From an uncultured Pseudobdellovibrionaceae bacterium (GTDB lineage Bacteria > Bdellovibrionota > Bdellovibrionia > Bdellovibrionales > UBA1609): DNA of 64,000 nucleotides. A program made the position numbers and the translations under genes. Shown here piece by piece: positions 28,891 to 39,706 of this stretch (positions within the stretch are counted from its first letter, which is position 1; every line of letters begins with the position of its first letter). The DNA lies in NCBI GenBank assembly GCA_963803705.1, contig CAWDNU010000004.1, positions 736,001 to 800,000 of the forward strand, read 5' to 3'. Under the pieces are notes generated by a model. It made no database searches. It worked only from the letters and a program-made list of their open reading frames with translations, and was not told the origin of the DNA.

Positions 28891-30000
28891 ATGAAAGCAC
28901 TGTTTTTGGTCATTTCGATTTTAATATTTTCTTCGGTCTGTTATTCTGTATCACCCAAACTTTCAGATATGTTTTATCAAGATGACGACTACATTTACCG
29001 TTCTATTCCCTTTCACATTAACCTGGATGACACTCAATTGATGGCTAAATTGATTGATGCAGCCACTGTTGAATCATTAAACCTGACTCGTAAAATAATT
29101 TCTGATGTTACAAAAAAGTCTGACTCATCAGCCTTAAAACAGATTCAAGATCAGATCGAGGGTGTTTTAAATGTAGATAAAGCCTTAGAGGATTTAAATC
29201 TGCAAATTGGCACCTTCGCTAATTCAACTAAATCCCGAGGTTGGGACATTGCTGACTTACTACCTAAAGGTCTAATTGTCTTTGGCGGTGTTAGCGGTTC
29301 TTTAAGTGTTGGCATTTCTGTTAGCGGTTCGGCTACGGTTGGGTTCATAATATTTATAGATAAAATTGATCGAATTAAAAAATCTGAACTCAACAATTAT
29401 ATAGAGAGTGCCAGTAGTGACTTAGAGCTCGTTCAGATAAAAAAAATATTTTCTTCAGTAAGTGTGGATTTTAATGAATCATTTAGAGTTGCGTTTGGCA
29501 TTAAAAATTCGCTAACGGGCATTGATCCTGCAAATTCTTTAGAAGTTCAAACCTACTATAATCCAGACATAGCACCTGTAATTATTTTTGCTCCAGCATT
29601 TGGAGCTGGTTTAGGTGGCGGTTTGAGTCTAAGGGTTGGAATCGCACCAGTTTGGTGGCGTGGATATAAAATTCTAGAACCAGAAGATTTATATGGCTGG
29701 GGCTTAGCCTATTCCCAAGATGTGAGCGCATCAGCAGGCTTTAACTTTAAGGCAGGATTTATAGATAGTGATTCCGTAGAAGGTCCCAGCTTTTTTGGTA
29801 CAAGTATAGATTACTTTCTTGCAAGTGCAGCGCTAACCGTTGGGCCCCAAGCCGAATTTTCACCTGCTAAGATAAATGCTATTTTTATTAAACATCCAGA
29901 GGCCATAATTAGCGGCTTTAAAAGTCAGGCTCAAAGTATCTACAGTAGGCAACTGAAAGAATCTTCAACTGATTTGTGGAAAGATATTGTAGCTGAATAG
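28891..30000 (+). CDS. Hypothetical exported protein with Gly-rich beta-type segments
   Basis: AAGGAG RBS, signal peptide, 369 aa; no recognised family. Confidence 0.7.
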   Translation: MKALFLVISILIFSSVCYSVSPKLSDMFYQDDDYIYRSIPFHINLDDTQLMAKLIDAATVESLNLTRKIISDVTKKSDSSALKQIQDQIEGVLNVDKALEDLNLQIGTFANSTKSRGWDIADLLPKGLIVFGGVSGSLSVGISVSGSATVGFIIFIDKIDRIKKSELNNYIESASSDLELVQIKKIFSSVSVDFNESFRVAFGIKNSLTGIDPANSLEVQTYYNPDIAPVIIFAPAFGAGLGGGLSLRVGIAPVWWRGYKILEPEDLYGWGLAYSQDVSASAGFNFKAGFIDSDSVEGPSFFGTSIDYFLASAALTVGPQAEFSPAKINAIFIKHPEAIISGFKSQAQSIYSRQLKESSTDLWKDIVAE

Positions 30001-30025
30001 AATTTTAAAATATTTGACCGGGTCT

Positions 30026-30046
30026 TAGGGCCTGTGGAAGATTCAT
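30026..30046. repeat. 21-bp inverted repeat, right copy
   Basis: TAGGGCCTGTGGAAGATTCAT. Confidence 0.85.
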
Positions 30047-30057
30047 CTAGTTATTTA

Positions 30058-30720
30058 CTACTTCATCTTCGAAGAATTTGTCTTTAAAACTTTTTTTCGT
30101 TGGTCTGATTTTTTTAACTTTATTTTCAAATTATCTCTTATTTTGGAGACGGAAAAATTTGTTTCTTCTCCATTCAAAAATTGTTTTACTAACAAAAAGG
30201 TGAGTTTATCCCAGTTCTTCAGACACATATCAGGAACGAATGTTTTAAATAGTGGCGTTTGATTTTTCGCCTCGTTAACCAGAATTGTTTTGGCACCAAG
30301 TTCGTGACCCACTACAAGATCTCGCCATTTGTCACCAACAAATACACAATTTTTTAAATCAACTTCATAGTCGGAAGTTGAATTTTTTGTTAGTCCCGGT
30401 CCGGGCTTACGCCGATAATGTCTGTGATGGTAAGGAGCAGAGTAGAAATCCAAAATATGGATGCCGTTTAAATTTAGTATATTTTGTAACTTTTTATGTA
30501 TGAGTTCTAAATTCTTAGGGCTAACTAAACCTCTGGTAAGACCTGATTGATTAGTGGTTACTATGAATTCAAAACCTAGATTCCTGAACACTTTTAGGGC
30601 TGCACAGACACCATCCAGTAGAACGACTTTACTAGGGTCGTTTAGATAACCATAGTCTTTAATCAGTGTATCATCCCGATCTAAAAATACAATTTTTCGA
30701 CTTCGTCGTAAATATTTCAA
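30058..30720 (-). CDS. gmhB: D-glycero-D-manno-heptose 1,7-bisphosphate phosphatase (HAD IIIA)
   Basis: FLDRDDTL, TNQSG, RKPGPG, VGDKWRD. Confidence 0.8.
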   Translation of the reverse strand: MKYLRRSRKIVFLDRDDTLIKDYGYLNDPSKVVLLDGVCAALKVFRNLGFEFIVTTNQSGLTRGLVSPKNLELIHKKLQNILNLNGIHILDFYSAPYHHRHYRRKPGPGLTKNSTSDYEVDLKNCVFVGDKWRDLVVGHELGAKTILVNEAKNQTPLFKTFVPDMCLKNWDKLTFLLVKQFLNGEETNFSVSKIRDNLKIKLKKSDQRKKVLKTNSSKMK

Positions 30721-30808
30721 GTAGCACCACTTAGAGTTTAGTCTTTTAGTACCTTACCAAAATATAAAACAATATACAGGCGAGAAACTGCAGCATCTTT
30801 GAAAACAA

Positions 30809-31402
30809 TCAAACTTCTAGAAGCTGTTCAATAAAGTTTTCGATCTCGAAAGCGCTACGACGCAAAACAGGCTCTAAATTATGCCCCACTGGAATCTTGT
30901 CGCAATCGTACAGGGATAAAGTGATAAAAGGCTCTAGGTCGTTTGTTCTATCTAAAACTCCCTGTAAATCTAAAAATTTAAGCTCAAATTGAGCTTTTAA
31001 AACAGACTGGTTTTTACAAGTCTCCAGACTTCTTAATGTGTGAATAAGCAGATCAAAGACCCGAGTGGAATCATCCAGACTTGAAATCTGAACCTTATTT
31101 AGAATTTTTAGAAAGTACAGCGACAATTTTATTCTGTCGTAGTCGGATTTTAATTTCGGAAAGTCATATATGATTTGGGCTTCACTTAAAAAATGAAACT
31201 CTGATTCTGGCTTCTTCGGACCAATCTGCAGTTCAAGATATTTCAAAGGATCAAGCAATCCCCCACCAAATCTTTTTTTACTTTTTAAGGCCGCTTTAGC
31301 AAACAAGGTAATTTTCTCGCCAGAGGAAAGCAGCGCCTTTAAGATTAGGTCGGATTCTTGATATAGAATTTTTTTTAAAATAATTCCTTTTACATTTTGC
31401 AT
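30809..31402 (-). CDS. recO: DNA repair protein RecO
   Basis: GIILK...ESDLI...GEKITLFAKAALKSKKRFGG OB-fold pattern. Confidence 0.85.
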   Translation of the reverse strand: MQNVKGIILKKILYQESDLILKALLSSGEKITLFAKAALKSKKRFGGGLLDPLKYLELQIGPKKPESEFHFLSEAQIIYDFPKLKSDYDRIKLSLYFLKILNKVQISSLDDSTRVFDLLIHTLRSLETCKNQSVLKAQFELKFLDLQGVLDRTNDLEPFITLSLYDCDKIPVGHNLEPVLRRSAFEIENFIEQLLEV

Positions 31403-31591
31403 GGCTTACTATAAAGCGGTCAGTCGATTTGAGCTGGGGACGATGCGTAAGGATTTAAGGTCGTTTTATTCTTTGCAACTATAGATTTAATAATAAATCT
31501 AACAGGGAAAACAGAAGTTTAACCTGTTAGATAGAAATAATAAGTAAATAATAAATAGCTAGTATTTATTAACTGGTTGTACCTAGAGCGA

Positions 31592-32107
31592 TTAATCGTC
31601 AAACCTAACGATTATGACTGACTTACCAGTGTCACCATTTTCTTTGATGATTTTATACTTTGATTTTAAAAGTGAAGTTTCAGCGGCTTCATTTTTAACA
31701 GCTGATTTTACTTTATTTTCTTTGGTGTTGAATGTTCTAGCCAAAAAGTTAGGGCTCTCGGCCATATTGAAAACCTCGTAGTCATCAACATCTAGCTTTA
31801 ATTGTTTAACATAAGCCTTAATTGATTCTGACCTTTTGTCAGCAATTTTTCTTTGAGCTGAGCTTAACGATTTGCCTTTACTTGGAATAGGTTCGTCAGA
31901 CCATGTAGCTATAGAAATGTCTACATCTTTACCTTTTTTCATAAAGTTTTTAAGAAGTTTGCTTATTTCTGTTCGTTGGGACTCATTAAGGTTAGTTGAA
32001 CCCTTTTCAAAGGATATTGTCTTATGTTCGACAGGTCCGGATTTGCTGTCTGCAAAAGACTGAATTGAAAGTCCTGAAAATACTAGAGCTAATAAAATTT
32101 TGTTCAC
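31592..32107 (-). CDS. Exported protein with degenerate OmpA-C-like fold
   Basis: Signal peptide; ISFEKGSTNL and IADKRSESIK resemble OmpA-C motifs. Confidence 0.5.
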   Translation of the reverse strand: MNKILLALVFSGLSIQSFADSKSGPVEHKTISFEKGSTNLNESQRTEISKLLKNFMKKGKDVDISIATWSDEPIPSKGKSLSSAQRKIADKRSESIKAYVKQLKLDVDDYEVFNMAESPNFLARTFNTKENKVKSAVKNEAAETSLLKSKYKIIKENGDTGKSVIIVRFDD

Positions 32108-32317
32108 GTTTACTCCTAAAGTTGTTCTATTTGTTGTTTGTTAATGAGCTTGAATAACTGCTAACTAAGAGCTTACAGAATATTAGTGCCTGCGATATTC
32201 ATTTCGGTGTAATATATTGTTTAGATTACTGCATATATTTTGTATAAAATTTTTTAATTGCATTAACACCACATACTCTAATAATTGTAATTAGATTTAA
32301 TATTTAACGAGGACAAT

Positions 32318-33355
32318 ATGGTGAGTATGGAATTTAAAGATAAGACGAAATATGTGCTCCTGTTAACTTTGTTTACAACTGTCTTTGTTACAACATTTGT
32401 CATTGCGCCAGAAGTTTTTTTACTAATCTTTGCAGGCTCCCTAGTTTCGGTTTTACTAGTAAGCTTAAGAGATCTAACAATTAAATATCTTCCACTTTCA
32501 AAAGGACTTGCACTTACATTTGTTATTCTTCTATTGACCTTAGTCAGTGTTGCAGTGGTCGTGGCTGTTGCTCCAAGTGTCGCAAGGCAGTTTGATGAGT
32601 TGGTTAAAGAAATCCCCAAAACGTTTGCGAGCCTTCAAAAGCAAATCGAAAGTTACACATGGGGAAGGTATCTGCTTGATCATGTCAACGCCGGAATGAT
32701 TGTTGGTGGCAACGGTGGAACCGCAAGTGGATTTGGCGGGGCTCTAACGGGACTTTTTGGTGTGCTAGGCTTTTTTGGAAACTTAGTGGTTATTCTTTTT
32801 ATTGGTTTGTATGGTGCAGCAGATCCCGAGCTGTATCAGGGTGGATTTTTAAAGCTTATTCCAATATCTAAAAGGAAACGTGCAAAAGTAGTTTTGGAAG
32901 AAACATTTGATACTTTGAAGTGGTGGTTGATTGGCCAATTTTTTAGTATGAGTGTGATAGGTGTATCGACGATGATTGGGCTATATTTTTTAGATGTGCC
33001 GCTGGCCTTCATCCTAGGCTTAATTGCAGCAGTTTTGACCTTCGTACCTAACATTGGTCCTGTGTTAGCCGCGGTCCCAGCTATCCTTCTAAGTTTGACG
33101 AACGATCCAAAAATAGCTCTTTATGTTGCTCTGCTATACCTTGGCACCCAAATTCTAGAGAGCTATTTTTTAACCCCTTTGGTGCAGCAGAAGACAATAG
33201 ATTTACCACCTGCATTGATTCTAGCCGTTCAAGTATTGTTTGGGATCACTTTAGGCATTATGGGTCTGGCCCTAGCAGCACCCTTAACCGGAGTGTTGAT
33301 ATTGCTTACAAAAATGCTTTATGTGGAAGACTATCTAGGTGATAGCACTACTTAG
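32318..33355 (+). CDS. AI-2E family transporter
   Basis: Multiple TMs, FVPNIGP, ESYFLTPLVQ, LPPA, GLALAAPL. Confidence 0.88.
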   Translation: MVSMEFKDKTKYVLLLTLFTTVFVTTFVIAPEVFLLIFAGSLVSVLLVSLRDLTIKYLPLSKGLALTFVILLLTLVSVAVVVAVAPSVARQFDELVKEIPKTFASLQKQIESYTWGRYLLDHVNAGMIVGGNGGTASGFGGALTGLFGVLGFFGNLVVILFIGLYGAADPELYQGGFLKLIPISKRKRAKVVLEETFDTLKWWLIGQFFSMSVIGVSTMIGLYFLDVPLAFILGLIAAVLTFVPNIGPVLAAVPAILLSLTNDPKIALYVALLYLGTQILESYFLTPLVQQKTIDLPPALILAVQVLFGITLGIMGLALAAPLTGVLILLTKMLYVEDYLGDSTT

Positions 33356-33356
33356 C

Positions 33357-33887
33357 CTAAATACCGGCTTTGGCTCTTTCTTTGTCGTCCAAGCGAGATA
33401 CAATGCCGCCTTCAAGGCTTGGTCTGCGAGCCAAATGTTTGATGTCATAACTAAAGCTTGCGCCATTCAGACCTGCGGTTTGCCACTCTGGCCCCATTCT
33501 AATGGCGTCAACAGGACAAGCTTCTTCACAAAATCCACAAAAAACACACCTTAGGATATCGATCTCGTAGTGGATGGGAAACTTTTCGACTTCGGGATCG
33601 TTATGCTCTGAAGCTACGATAGTGATGCAGTCAGCAGGACAGTTGGTAGCACAGAGCATACATGCCGTGCAACGCAAAGATCCGTCTTTTTTCACAGTCA
33701 ATATATGGTTACCTTTAAATCGGGGACCATACTCGTATTTTTCTTCTGGATAATTTAAGGTCGGCATCTTTTTTTTGTTAAAAAGATTATAAACCATTTT
33801 CTTGAAAGTAAGGCCCATACCCTTAAAAATACCTGGCAAATACCACTTAGCATCCACATTCTCTCGTTTAACTACAATAGTGCTCAT
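33357..33887 (-). CDS. nuoI: NADH-quinone oxidoreductase subunit I
   Basis: YPEEK and two CxxCxxCxxxCP motifs. Confidence 0.93.
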   Translation of the reverse strand: MSTIVVKRENVDAKWYLPGIFKGMGLTFKKMVYNLFNKKKMPTLNYPEEKYEYGPRFKGNHILTVKKDGSLRCTACMLCATNCPADCITIVASEHNDPEVEKFPIHYEIDILRCVFCGFCEEACPVDAIRMGPEWQTAGLNGASFSYDIKHLARRPSLEGGIVSRLDDKERAKAGI

Positions 33888-35392
33888 AGTACTCCTCTTT
33901 CCTTAGCCATCTCATTAAACTTGCGGGTCTTAACAATTTGGTCCGGCTGAAATTTCATTTCACACATCTGGATAAATTCGATCATGTCGATAGCACCGCG
34001 GACTAAAACCTGTCCTTTTCTAACTTTTCTTTCCAATCCCTTATAGTTTGTAAAAGTGCCAGATTTTTCAAAAAAAGTTTTGGCAGGCACCAACAGCGAA
34101 TCATCCGGAAGCTGATACAGTTCTGTGGTCATTTGCGATCCTACGAAAATTACGCGAACTCCCTGACTATTTAAATCCTGCACAACCTGTCCATAGTCTG
34201 GATATGCAAAAATGTTTTCCGGAGCAAAAACGACAATTGTGTTTAAGTCAGATTTTGAAAGTTCTTCTAACGGCTTCATCTTAGAAAATGTATTTAGCAA
34301 GCCTTTGGTGTTTGGATTTTTATCACCTCTTTTGAGCAGACCGTCAAAAGCGTCGAAACTATCTTTGTTATTCTGCCAATAAAACAAATCTGCAGAAGTC
34401 CCTGAGGAATTTATGAAATTATCTAATGAAGCGTACTCTTCGTTGGTGTTTTGGCCTGTTAAAACTAAACCCACTTTTTCTTGCGATGCGAAGATATTTG
34501 AAATTTCAACCTCGAACTCTTTGAAACTTACAGGTACGGGTGTTCCTTTTGTAACCCTGATATATGTTTTTATTCTAGATTTACTATTTGCAAATTTGTA
34601 TAATGGTCTGCCCTCATCGCACATCCAGTAACCGTTTACGCTGTGATCCACCACTGGTTTAACCCGGAACAATCCTTCGTTATTGTAATACACTTTAACG
34701 CTGCAACCAGTTGAACATCCAGGGCATGTTGTATCTACATCTTTTAAATACCAAACTCTTTGTTGAAATCTGAAATCTTTAGAGGTCAAAGCGCCCACAG
34801 GGCAAATGTCCACAGTATTTAAAGCATAGTCGTTTTCTAATTTTTTGTCTCCGAAAGTGCCTATTTCGCTGTGGTCACCACGGTTAAAAATCCCTAGCTC
34901 ATGGGTTTTAGTGACTTCATCTGTGAACCTGACACACCTGGAACATAAAATACATCTTTCGGTGTCTAAAACAATTTTTTCTCCAAGGTCTACAACTTTA
35001 GTTTTTTTGACTTTAGGTTGCGACATGCTTGAATCGTACTGACCGTATTTCATATACTGTTCTTGCAAACCGCACTCGCCAGCCTGATCACAAATCGGAC
35101 AGTCAAGTGGATGATTAATCAAATGAAAATCCATTCCCCAGCGAACTGTTTCTTTTACCTTCTCAGACTGATTTGAAACTTTCATCCCATCTTGAACAAC
35201 TGTGTTGCATGCAATTTGAAGTTTTGGATTACCTTCAACTTCAATCATACAGAGTCGACATACGCCAGCAATTGGTAAACCAGGGTGCCAACAGTAATGA
35301 GCAATGTCTTGCTCTGAGGATTTGAAAGCCTCTATTACAGTTGACCCATCTTTTACATCCATTTCTTTACCGTTAATTGTAATTTTAGGCAT
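33884..35392 (-). CDS. nuoG: NADH-quinone oxidoreductase subunit G (short form)
   Basis: HYCWHP, CRLC, HPLDCPICDQAGEC, CILCSRC, DICPVGAL. Confidence 0.92.
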   Translation of the reverse strand: MPKITINGKEMDVKDGSTVIEAFKSSEQDIAHYCWHPGLPIAGVCRLCMIEVEGNPKLQIACNTVVQDGMKVSNQSEKVKETVRWGMDFHLINHPLDCPICDQAGECGLQEQYMKYGQYDSSMSQPKVKKTKVVDLGEKIVLDTERCILCSRCVRFTDEVTKTHELGIFNRGDHSEIGTFGDKKLENDYALNTVDICPVGALTSKDFRFQQRVWYLKDVDTTCPGCSTGCSVKVYYNNEGLFRVKPVVDHSVNGYWMCDEGRPLYKFANSKSRIKTYIRVTKGTPVPVSFKEFEVEISNIFASQEKVGLVLTGQNTNEEYASLDNFINSSGTSADLFYWQNNKDSFDAFDGLLKRGDKNPNTKGLLNTFSKMKPLEELSKSDLNTIVVFAPENIFAYPDYGQVVQDLNSQGVRVIFVGSQMTTELYQLPDDSLLVPAKTFFEKSGTFTNYKGLERKVRKGQVLVRGAIDMIEFIQMCEMKFQPDQIVKTRKFNEMAKERGVL

Positions 35393-36668
35393 GGATCATG
35401 TCCTCCACTGGAGCTCGTCCTTCTAGAATGTATTTTTCGAATTCGTCACGGAATTTAGAAACAAAACTAATTGCTGGCAGGGCCGCTGCATCTGAAAGGG
35501 CGCAAATAGTTTTTCCCTTCATCTGTTCAGCTACTTTTAAAATTAGGTTCAAGTCTTCAATTCTACCTTGGCCATTCAATATACTCTTTACAACTTTGTC
35601 CAACCAACCGGTCCCTTCCCTGCATGGTGTACACTGGCCGCAGCTTTCGTGATGATAAAAATTCATTACCACGCTTAAAAGGTCAACCATACTGTGGGAG
35701 TCATCGATGATAATCACAGCACCTGAACCAAGCATACTGCCTTTCGCAGCAAGGTCTTCGTAATCCATTTTAGCTGATAAGCATTCTTCTGCAGTTAATA
35801 CCGGGGCCGAGGATCCTCCTGGAATTACAGCCTTTAGCCTGCGGCCTTGCTTAAGACCTCCAGCAAGCTCGATCAGATCCATAAGTGAAGTTCCAAGGTC
35901 AACTTCAAAGTTTCCTGGCTTTAGGACAGAACCGCTGACAGAAAAAAGTTTAGTCCCCGAAGACTTTTCAGTACCTATAGATTTATAAAACTTAGCACCT
36001 TTGTCGATGATAGGAATCACGGCGGCTAAAGTCTCGACGTTATTTACTATTGTCGGTGACTTTAAATAACCTTGCACCGCAGGAAAAGGTGGCTTTAGTT
36101 TTGGCTGACCTTTCAGGCCCTCCAAAGAAGAGATCATTCCGGTTTCTTCACCGCAGATGTAGGCACCTGCTCCGACATAAATATCCATATCATGGTCAAA
36201 ACCTGAACCTAGAATATTTTTACCTAAATAACCTGCTTCATAAGCCTCGCCCAATGCCTGTTTTACGACACGAATACTTTCATCGTATTCACCCCGAATA
36301 TATATGTAAGACTTTGGAGACTTAACAGCAAAAGCTGAAATGACCATACCCTCAATCAATTGGTGAGGGGCTCTTTCCATCATCATTCTATCTTTAAATG
36401 TTCCTGGCTCACCTTCGTCTGCGTTACATAGCAAATACCGGGTGTTATCGTTATTTGGCAAGAAGCCCCATTTGACACCGGTGGGAAAACCCGCACCTCC
36501 GCGGCCTCTTAACCCCGATTCTTTAACTTCGTCGATTATTTCTTGCGGCTTCATTTTTAGAGCTTTGGCTAAAACTTTGTAACCGCTTTTATTTTCGTAG
36601 CCTTTAATATAGCGGTACTCGTCTAAGTCGTAAAATTCAGATAGAAGTTTATTTTCTTTAGCGGCCAT
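35385..36668 (-). CDS. nuoF: NADH-quinone oxidoreductase subunit F
   Basis: GRGGAGFPTG, NADEGEPG, GAGAYICGEET, ESCGQCTPCREG. Confidence 0.96.
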   Translation of the reverse strand: MAAKENKLLSEFYDLDEYRYIKGYENKSGYKVLAKALKMKPQEIIDEVKESGLRGRGGAGFPTGVKWGFLPNNDNTRYLLCNADEGEPGTFKDRMMMERAPHQLIEGMVISAFAVKSPKSYIYIRGEYDESIRVVKQALGEAYEAGYLGKNILGSGFDHDMDIYVGAGAYICGEETGMISSLEGLKGQPKLKPPFPAVQGYLKSPTIVNNVETLAAVIPIIDKGAKFYKSIGTEKSSGTKLFSVSGSVLKPGNFEVDLGTSLMDLIELAGGLKQGRRLKAVIPGGSSAPVLTAEECLSAKMDYEDLAAKGSMLGSGAVIIIDDSHSMVDLLSVVMNFYHHESCGQCTPCREGTGWLDKVVKSILNGQGRIEDLNLILKVAEQMKGKTICALSDAAALPAISFVSKFRDEFEKYILEGRAPVEDMIHA

Positions 36669-37216
36669 TATTTTTCACCCTTTGAAAGTTCTTGAATGGT
36701 TTCGATTGCAGATTCAGAAGTTAGATTTTCATAATAGTTATCGTTAATTTGCATCATAGGTGCGTTATGGCACGCGCCCAGGCACTCGACCTTGTTAACA
36801 GTTACATTTCCATCTTTACTAACTTCACCGTACCTTACTTTATATTTTTTGCAGATATGATCAGCTAATTCTCTTCCACCGTTCATGGCGCAGGATACAT
36901 TGGTACAAACCTGAACGTGCAACTTACCTACAGGAACTTTGTTAAACATCGTATAAAAATTTAAAACTTCACTAATGTGTGCTTCCGGAATCTTCGAAAT
37001 TACTGCAAGTTCAACTACTGACTGTGGGTGGACCCAGCCGTGCCTTCTCTGAATGCAAAATAACGACGGGATAATCGCAGAGTAATGATGTTCGTATCGC
37101 TTAAGTTCTTTTAAAATGTAGCTTTTGTCTTCCTCTTCGATCCAAACTTTGTTTTTATCGCCAAGATCCACGCTCTTTCCAAAATGACTCATTTCTACAA
37201 TATCAGCACTGCTCAT
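36668..37216 (-). CDS. nuoE: NADH-quinone oxidoreductase subunit E
   Basis: FYTMF, VCTNVSC, ECLGAC. Confidence 0.93.
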   Translation of the reverse strand: MSSADIVEMSHFGKSVDLGDKNKVWIEEEDKSYILKELKRYEHHYSAIIPSLFCIQRRHGWVHPQSVVELAVISKIPEAHISEVLNFYTMFNKVPVGKLHVQVCTNVSCAMNGGRELADHICKKYKVRYGEVSKDGNVTVNKVECLGACHNAPMMQINDNYYENLTSESAIETIQELSKGEK

Positions 37217-38886
37217 CGGTCTAATTCTCCTGCGATTACATTCATACTTCCTAGTACAGCGACCACATCAGCAACCAATCCACCTGTAATCTGTTCTGGA
37301 AAAGATTGGTAGATTGGAAAACAAGGCGGCCTTACTTTCACACGGTAAGGTTTTCCACTGCCATCGCTAACTACGTAGAAGCCAAGCTCACCATTTGCAC
37401 CTTCATGGGCCAGATAGGTCTCCCCTACTGGTGGCCTTAAACCATGAATTACCAGCATAAAGTGGTTCATAAGGCCTTCAATATTTCCGTAGACATCTCT
37501 TTTTTCTGGCAGGACAATATTTTTATCTCTGATGGTGTAATCACCTTCTGGAATATTTTTTGCCACTTGTCTAATAATTCTTATCGATTGCCTCATCTCT
37601 TCAACTCGAACTAGGTAACGGTCATAAAGATCACCAGTTGATCCAATGGCAACGTCGAAATCTAACTGGTCGTATCCATAGTAAGGCTGAACTTTTCTTA
37701 AATCATAGGGCATTCCAGTGGCACGTAAAAGGGGTCCAGTGTATCCCCATTTTACGGCTTCTTCAGTGGAAATCGCGGCTACTCCAGAGGTCCGTTGTAT
37801 AAAAATTTTGTTTCCAGTAACAAGAGTGTCTAAATCCTGAATTCCTTTTTCTATCGTATTGCACGTTTCTAAAACTTCTTTGTGCCAATTCGGTGGTGGC
37901 TCTTGAGCCATCCCGCCAATTCTTGTTAAAGAGACGGTTAACCTTGCTCCACAAAGTTTTTCAAACAAAGTGTAAACCATTTCTCTGTAGGTAAATAAAT
38001 GAAAGAAACCTGTCAGGGCCCCGATATCTACGGAAGCGGCCCCTATACAAACTATGTGATCTATAATTCTAGAAAGTTCACATAGAATTACACGAAGAGC
38101 TTGAGCCTTTGGTGGGATATCTACGCCTAACAACTTTTCGATAGTAGCGCAGTAGGCAACATTATTAATGGGAGCTGAACAGTAATTAAGACGGTCGGTA
38201 TAGGGAATAACTTGGTTGTAAGGATGAGTCTCGGCCATTTTATCGAAACATCTGTGTAAGTAGCCGATTTCCACATTGGCTTTGGCAATTTTTTCGCCAT
38301 CCAGTGCGGCCATCACCCTTAAGGTTCCGTGTGTGGCTGGGTGGGAAGGACCAATATTTAGCGGCACTAGGTTGTCGCCGCCTAGGTCTGCGTTTTCGTA
38401 GCTTGGATCAAAATGTACTGGCATAGATTGAGATAAATGCTGCTGTTGGTCTGCATAGTAATCTTTTTGCAAAGGATGCCCTACGAATTCACTGTGAGTT
38501 AGCAGCCGTTTCAAATTAGGATGATTCTTAAATAGAACACCTACTAAATCATAAGCTTCTCGCTCGAACCAGTTAGCGCCTTTCCAAACAGGGGTTATAG
38601 ACTCTATGGGTTCAGTCTCTGAAACTTGTGTTTTTATTCTAAGCCGCTGGTTCATTGACGAAGAGTAAAGCTGATAAACCACATCGAACCTTTTAGCACG
38701 CTCTGGATAATCGACACCACAAAGGTCCATCATGAAATCAAACTTCATCTGACGAAGAGATTTCATCACTGCAAGGATGTCTTTAGAATCGACATGAAGA
38801 ATATGGTCTCCAAGTTGAATCTCTTCTCGCACGGATGTTGCCGCACCATCTTTTATTATTTGGCTTTTTATATCTTCTAATTCCAA
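37213..38886 (-). CDS. nuoCD: NADH-quinone oxidoreductase fused subunit C/D
   Basis: WFEREAYD, GHPLQKD, NIGPSHPATHG, GYLHR, GELDR. Confidence 0.95.
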   Translation of the reverse strand: MELEDIKSQIIKDGAATSVREEIQLGDHILHVDSKDILAVMKSLRQMKFDFMMDLCGVDYPERAKRFDVVYQLYSSSMNQRLRIKTQVSETEPIESITPVWKGANWFEREAYDLVGVLFKNHPNLKRLLTHSEFVGHPLQKDYYADQQQHLSQSMPVHFDPSYENADLGGDNLVPLNIGPSHPATHGTLRVMAALDGEKIAKANVEIGYLHRCFDKMAETHPYNQVIPYTDRLNYCSAPINNVAYCATIEKLLGVDIPPKAQALRVILCELSRIIDHIVCIGAASVDIGALTGFFHLFTYREMVYTLFEKLCGARLTVSLTRIGGMAQEPPPNWHKEVLETCNTIEKGIQDLDTLVTGNKIFIQRTSGVAAISTEEAVKWGYTGPLLRATGMPYDLRKVQPYYGYDQLDFDVAIGSTGDLYDRYLVRVEEMRQSIRIIRQVAKNIPEGDYTIRDKNIVLPEKRDVYGNIEGLMNHFMLVIHGLRPPVGETYLAHEGANGELGFYVVSDGSGKPYRVKVRPPCFPIYQSFPEQITGGLVADVVAVLGSMNVIAGELDR

Positions 38887-38956
38887 CTTAGCTTTCCTTT
38901 TTTGGATTGTCCGAAAATTTATTTTGGCAGTGACCTTTTTTTGAATTCAGAAACAC

Positions 38957-39508
38957 TTATGAGGGTGACTGTAGGAACTCTGGTCGTTTCCAGTTCTTTC
39001 TCCAAGGTCTGGGGTGGTCAGTTTCAATCATCTTTTGAATTGTCATAACGCCATCCATAACTGCCTCTGGTGTCGGAGGGCAACCAGGTACATAGGCATC
39101 TACCGGTATAACTTTATCAATTCCTTGCAGAACATGATAAGCGCGATAAAAGCCACCGGAACTTGCACAAGCGCCCATAGACAGAACATATTTAGGCTCT
39201 AACATTTGCTCGTAAATATTGACTAATACTGGAACCATTTTTTCTGTGATCGTACCAGCCACAATAAGTAGATCGGCCTGTCGTGGTGAGAATCTAACGA
39301 CCTCAGCACCGAACCTTGCAAGATCATATTTAGGACCCATCACTGACATTAATTCAATCCCGCAACAGGCAGTTCCGTAGGGCAGCGGCCACAAAGAGTG
39401 CTTTCGGCCCCAAGCTACTAGAGCATTCACAGTTGTCGTCAGTGCAAACTGGCTGGCCTGGGCCTCTAGGTCTAAATCTTGAACCGTTTTTTGGCGGCTT
39501 TTATCCAT
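38957..39508 (-). CDS. nuoB: NADH-quinone oxidoreductase subunit B
   Basis: [28 protein letters not shown]. Confidence 0.96.
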   Translation of the reverse strand: MDKSRQKTVQDLDLEAQASQFALTTTVNALVAWGRKHSLWPLPYGTACCGIELMSVMGPKYDLARFGAEVVRFSPRQADLLIVAGTITEKMVPVLVNIYEQMLEPKYVLSMGACASSGGFYRAYHVLQGIDKVIPVDAYVPGCPPTPEAVMDGVMTIQKMIETDHPRPWRKNWKRPEFLQSPS

Positions 39509-39706
39509 TTTTACAATCCTTCGAAGGTGTTAAAAACTCTTACACAAAATTTTAAATCTGCGACTGGTCTAATGCTATTTTTTTAACATTTATCAATACG
39601 TTTTTAATACCATTACACGCTTTTAGTGTCATCAAAAGCAAAAATAAAAGATTAGAATCTGTATCAAATAAATTGAAACTTTAATCCCTTACTCTATACT
39701 TTCTGA

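Noticed and set aside
26212..30046. Integron (tyrosine recombinase plus attC-like palindromes)
   Set aside because: The recombinase looks Xer-like without an evident IntI insertion, and the palindromes lack RYYYAAC...GTTRRRY ends and a cassette array
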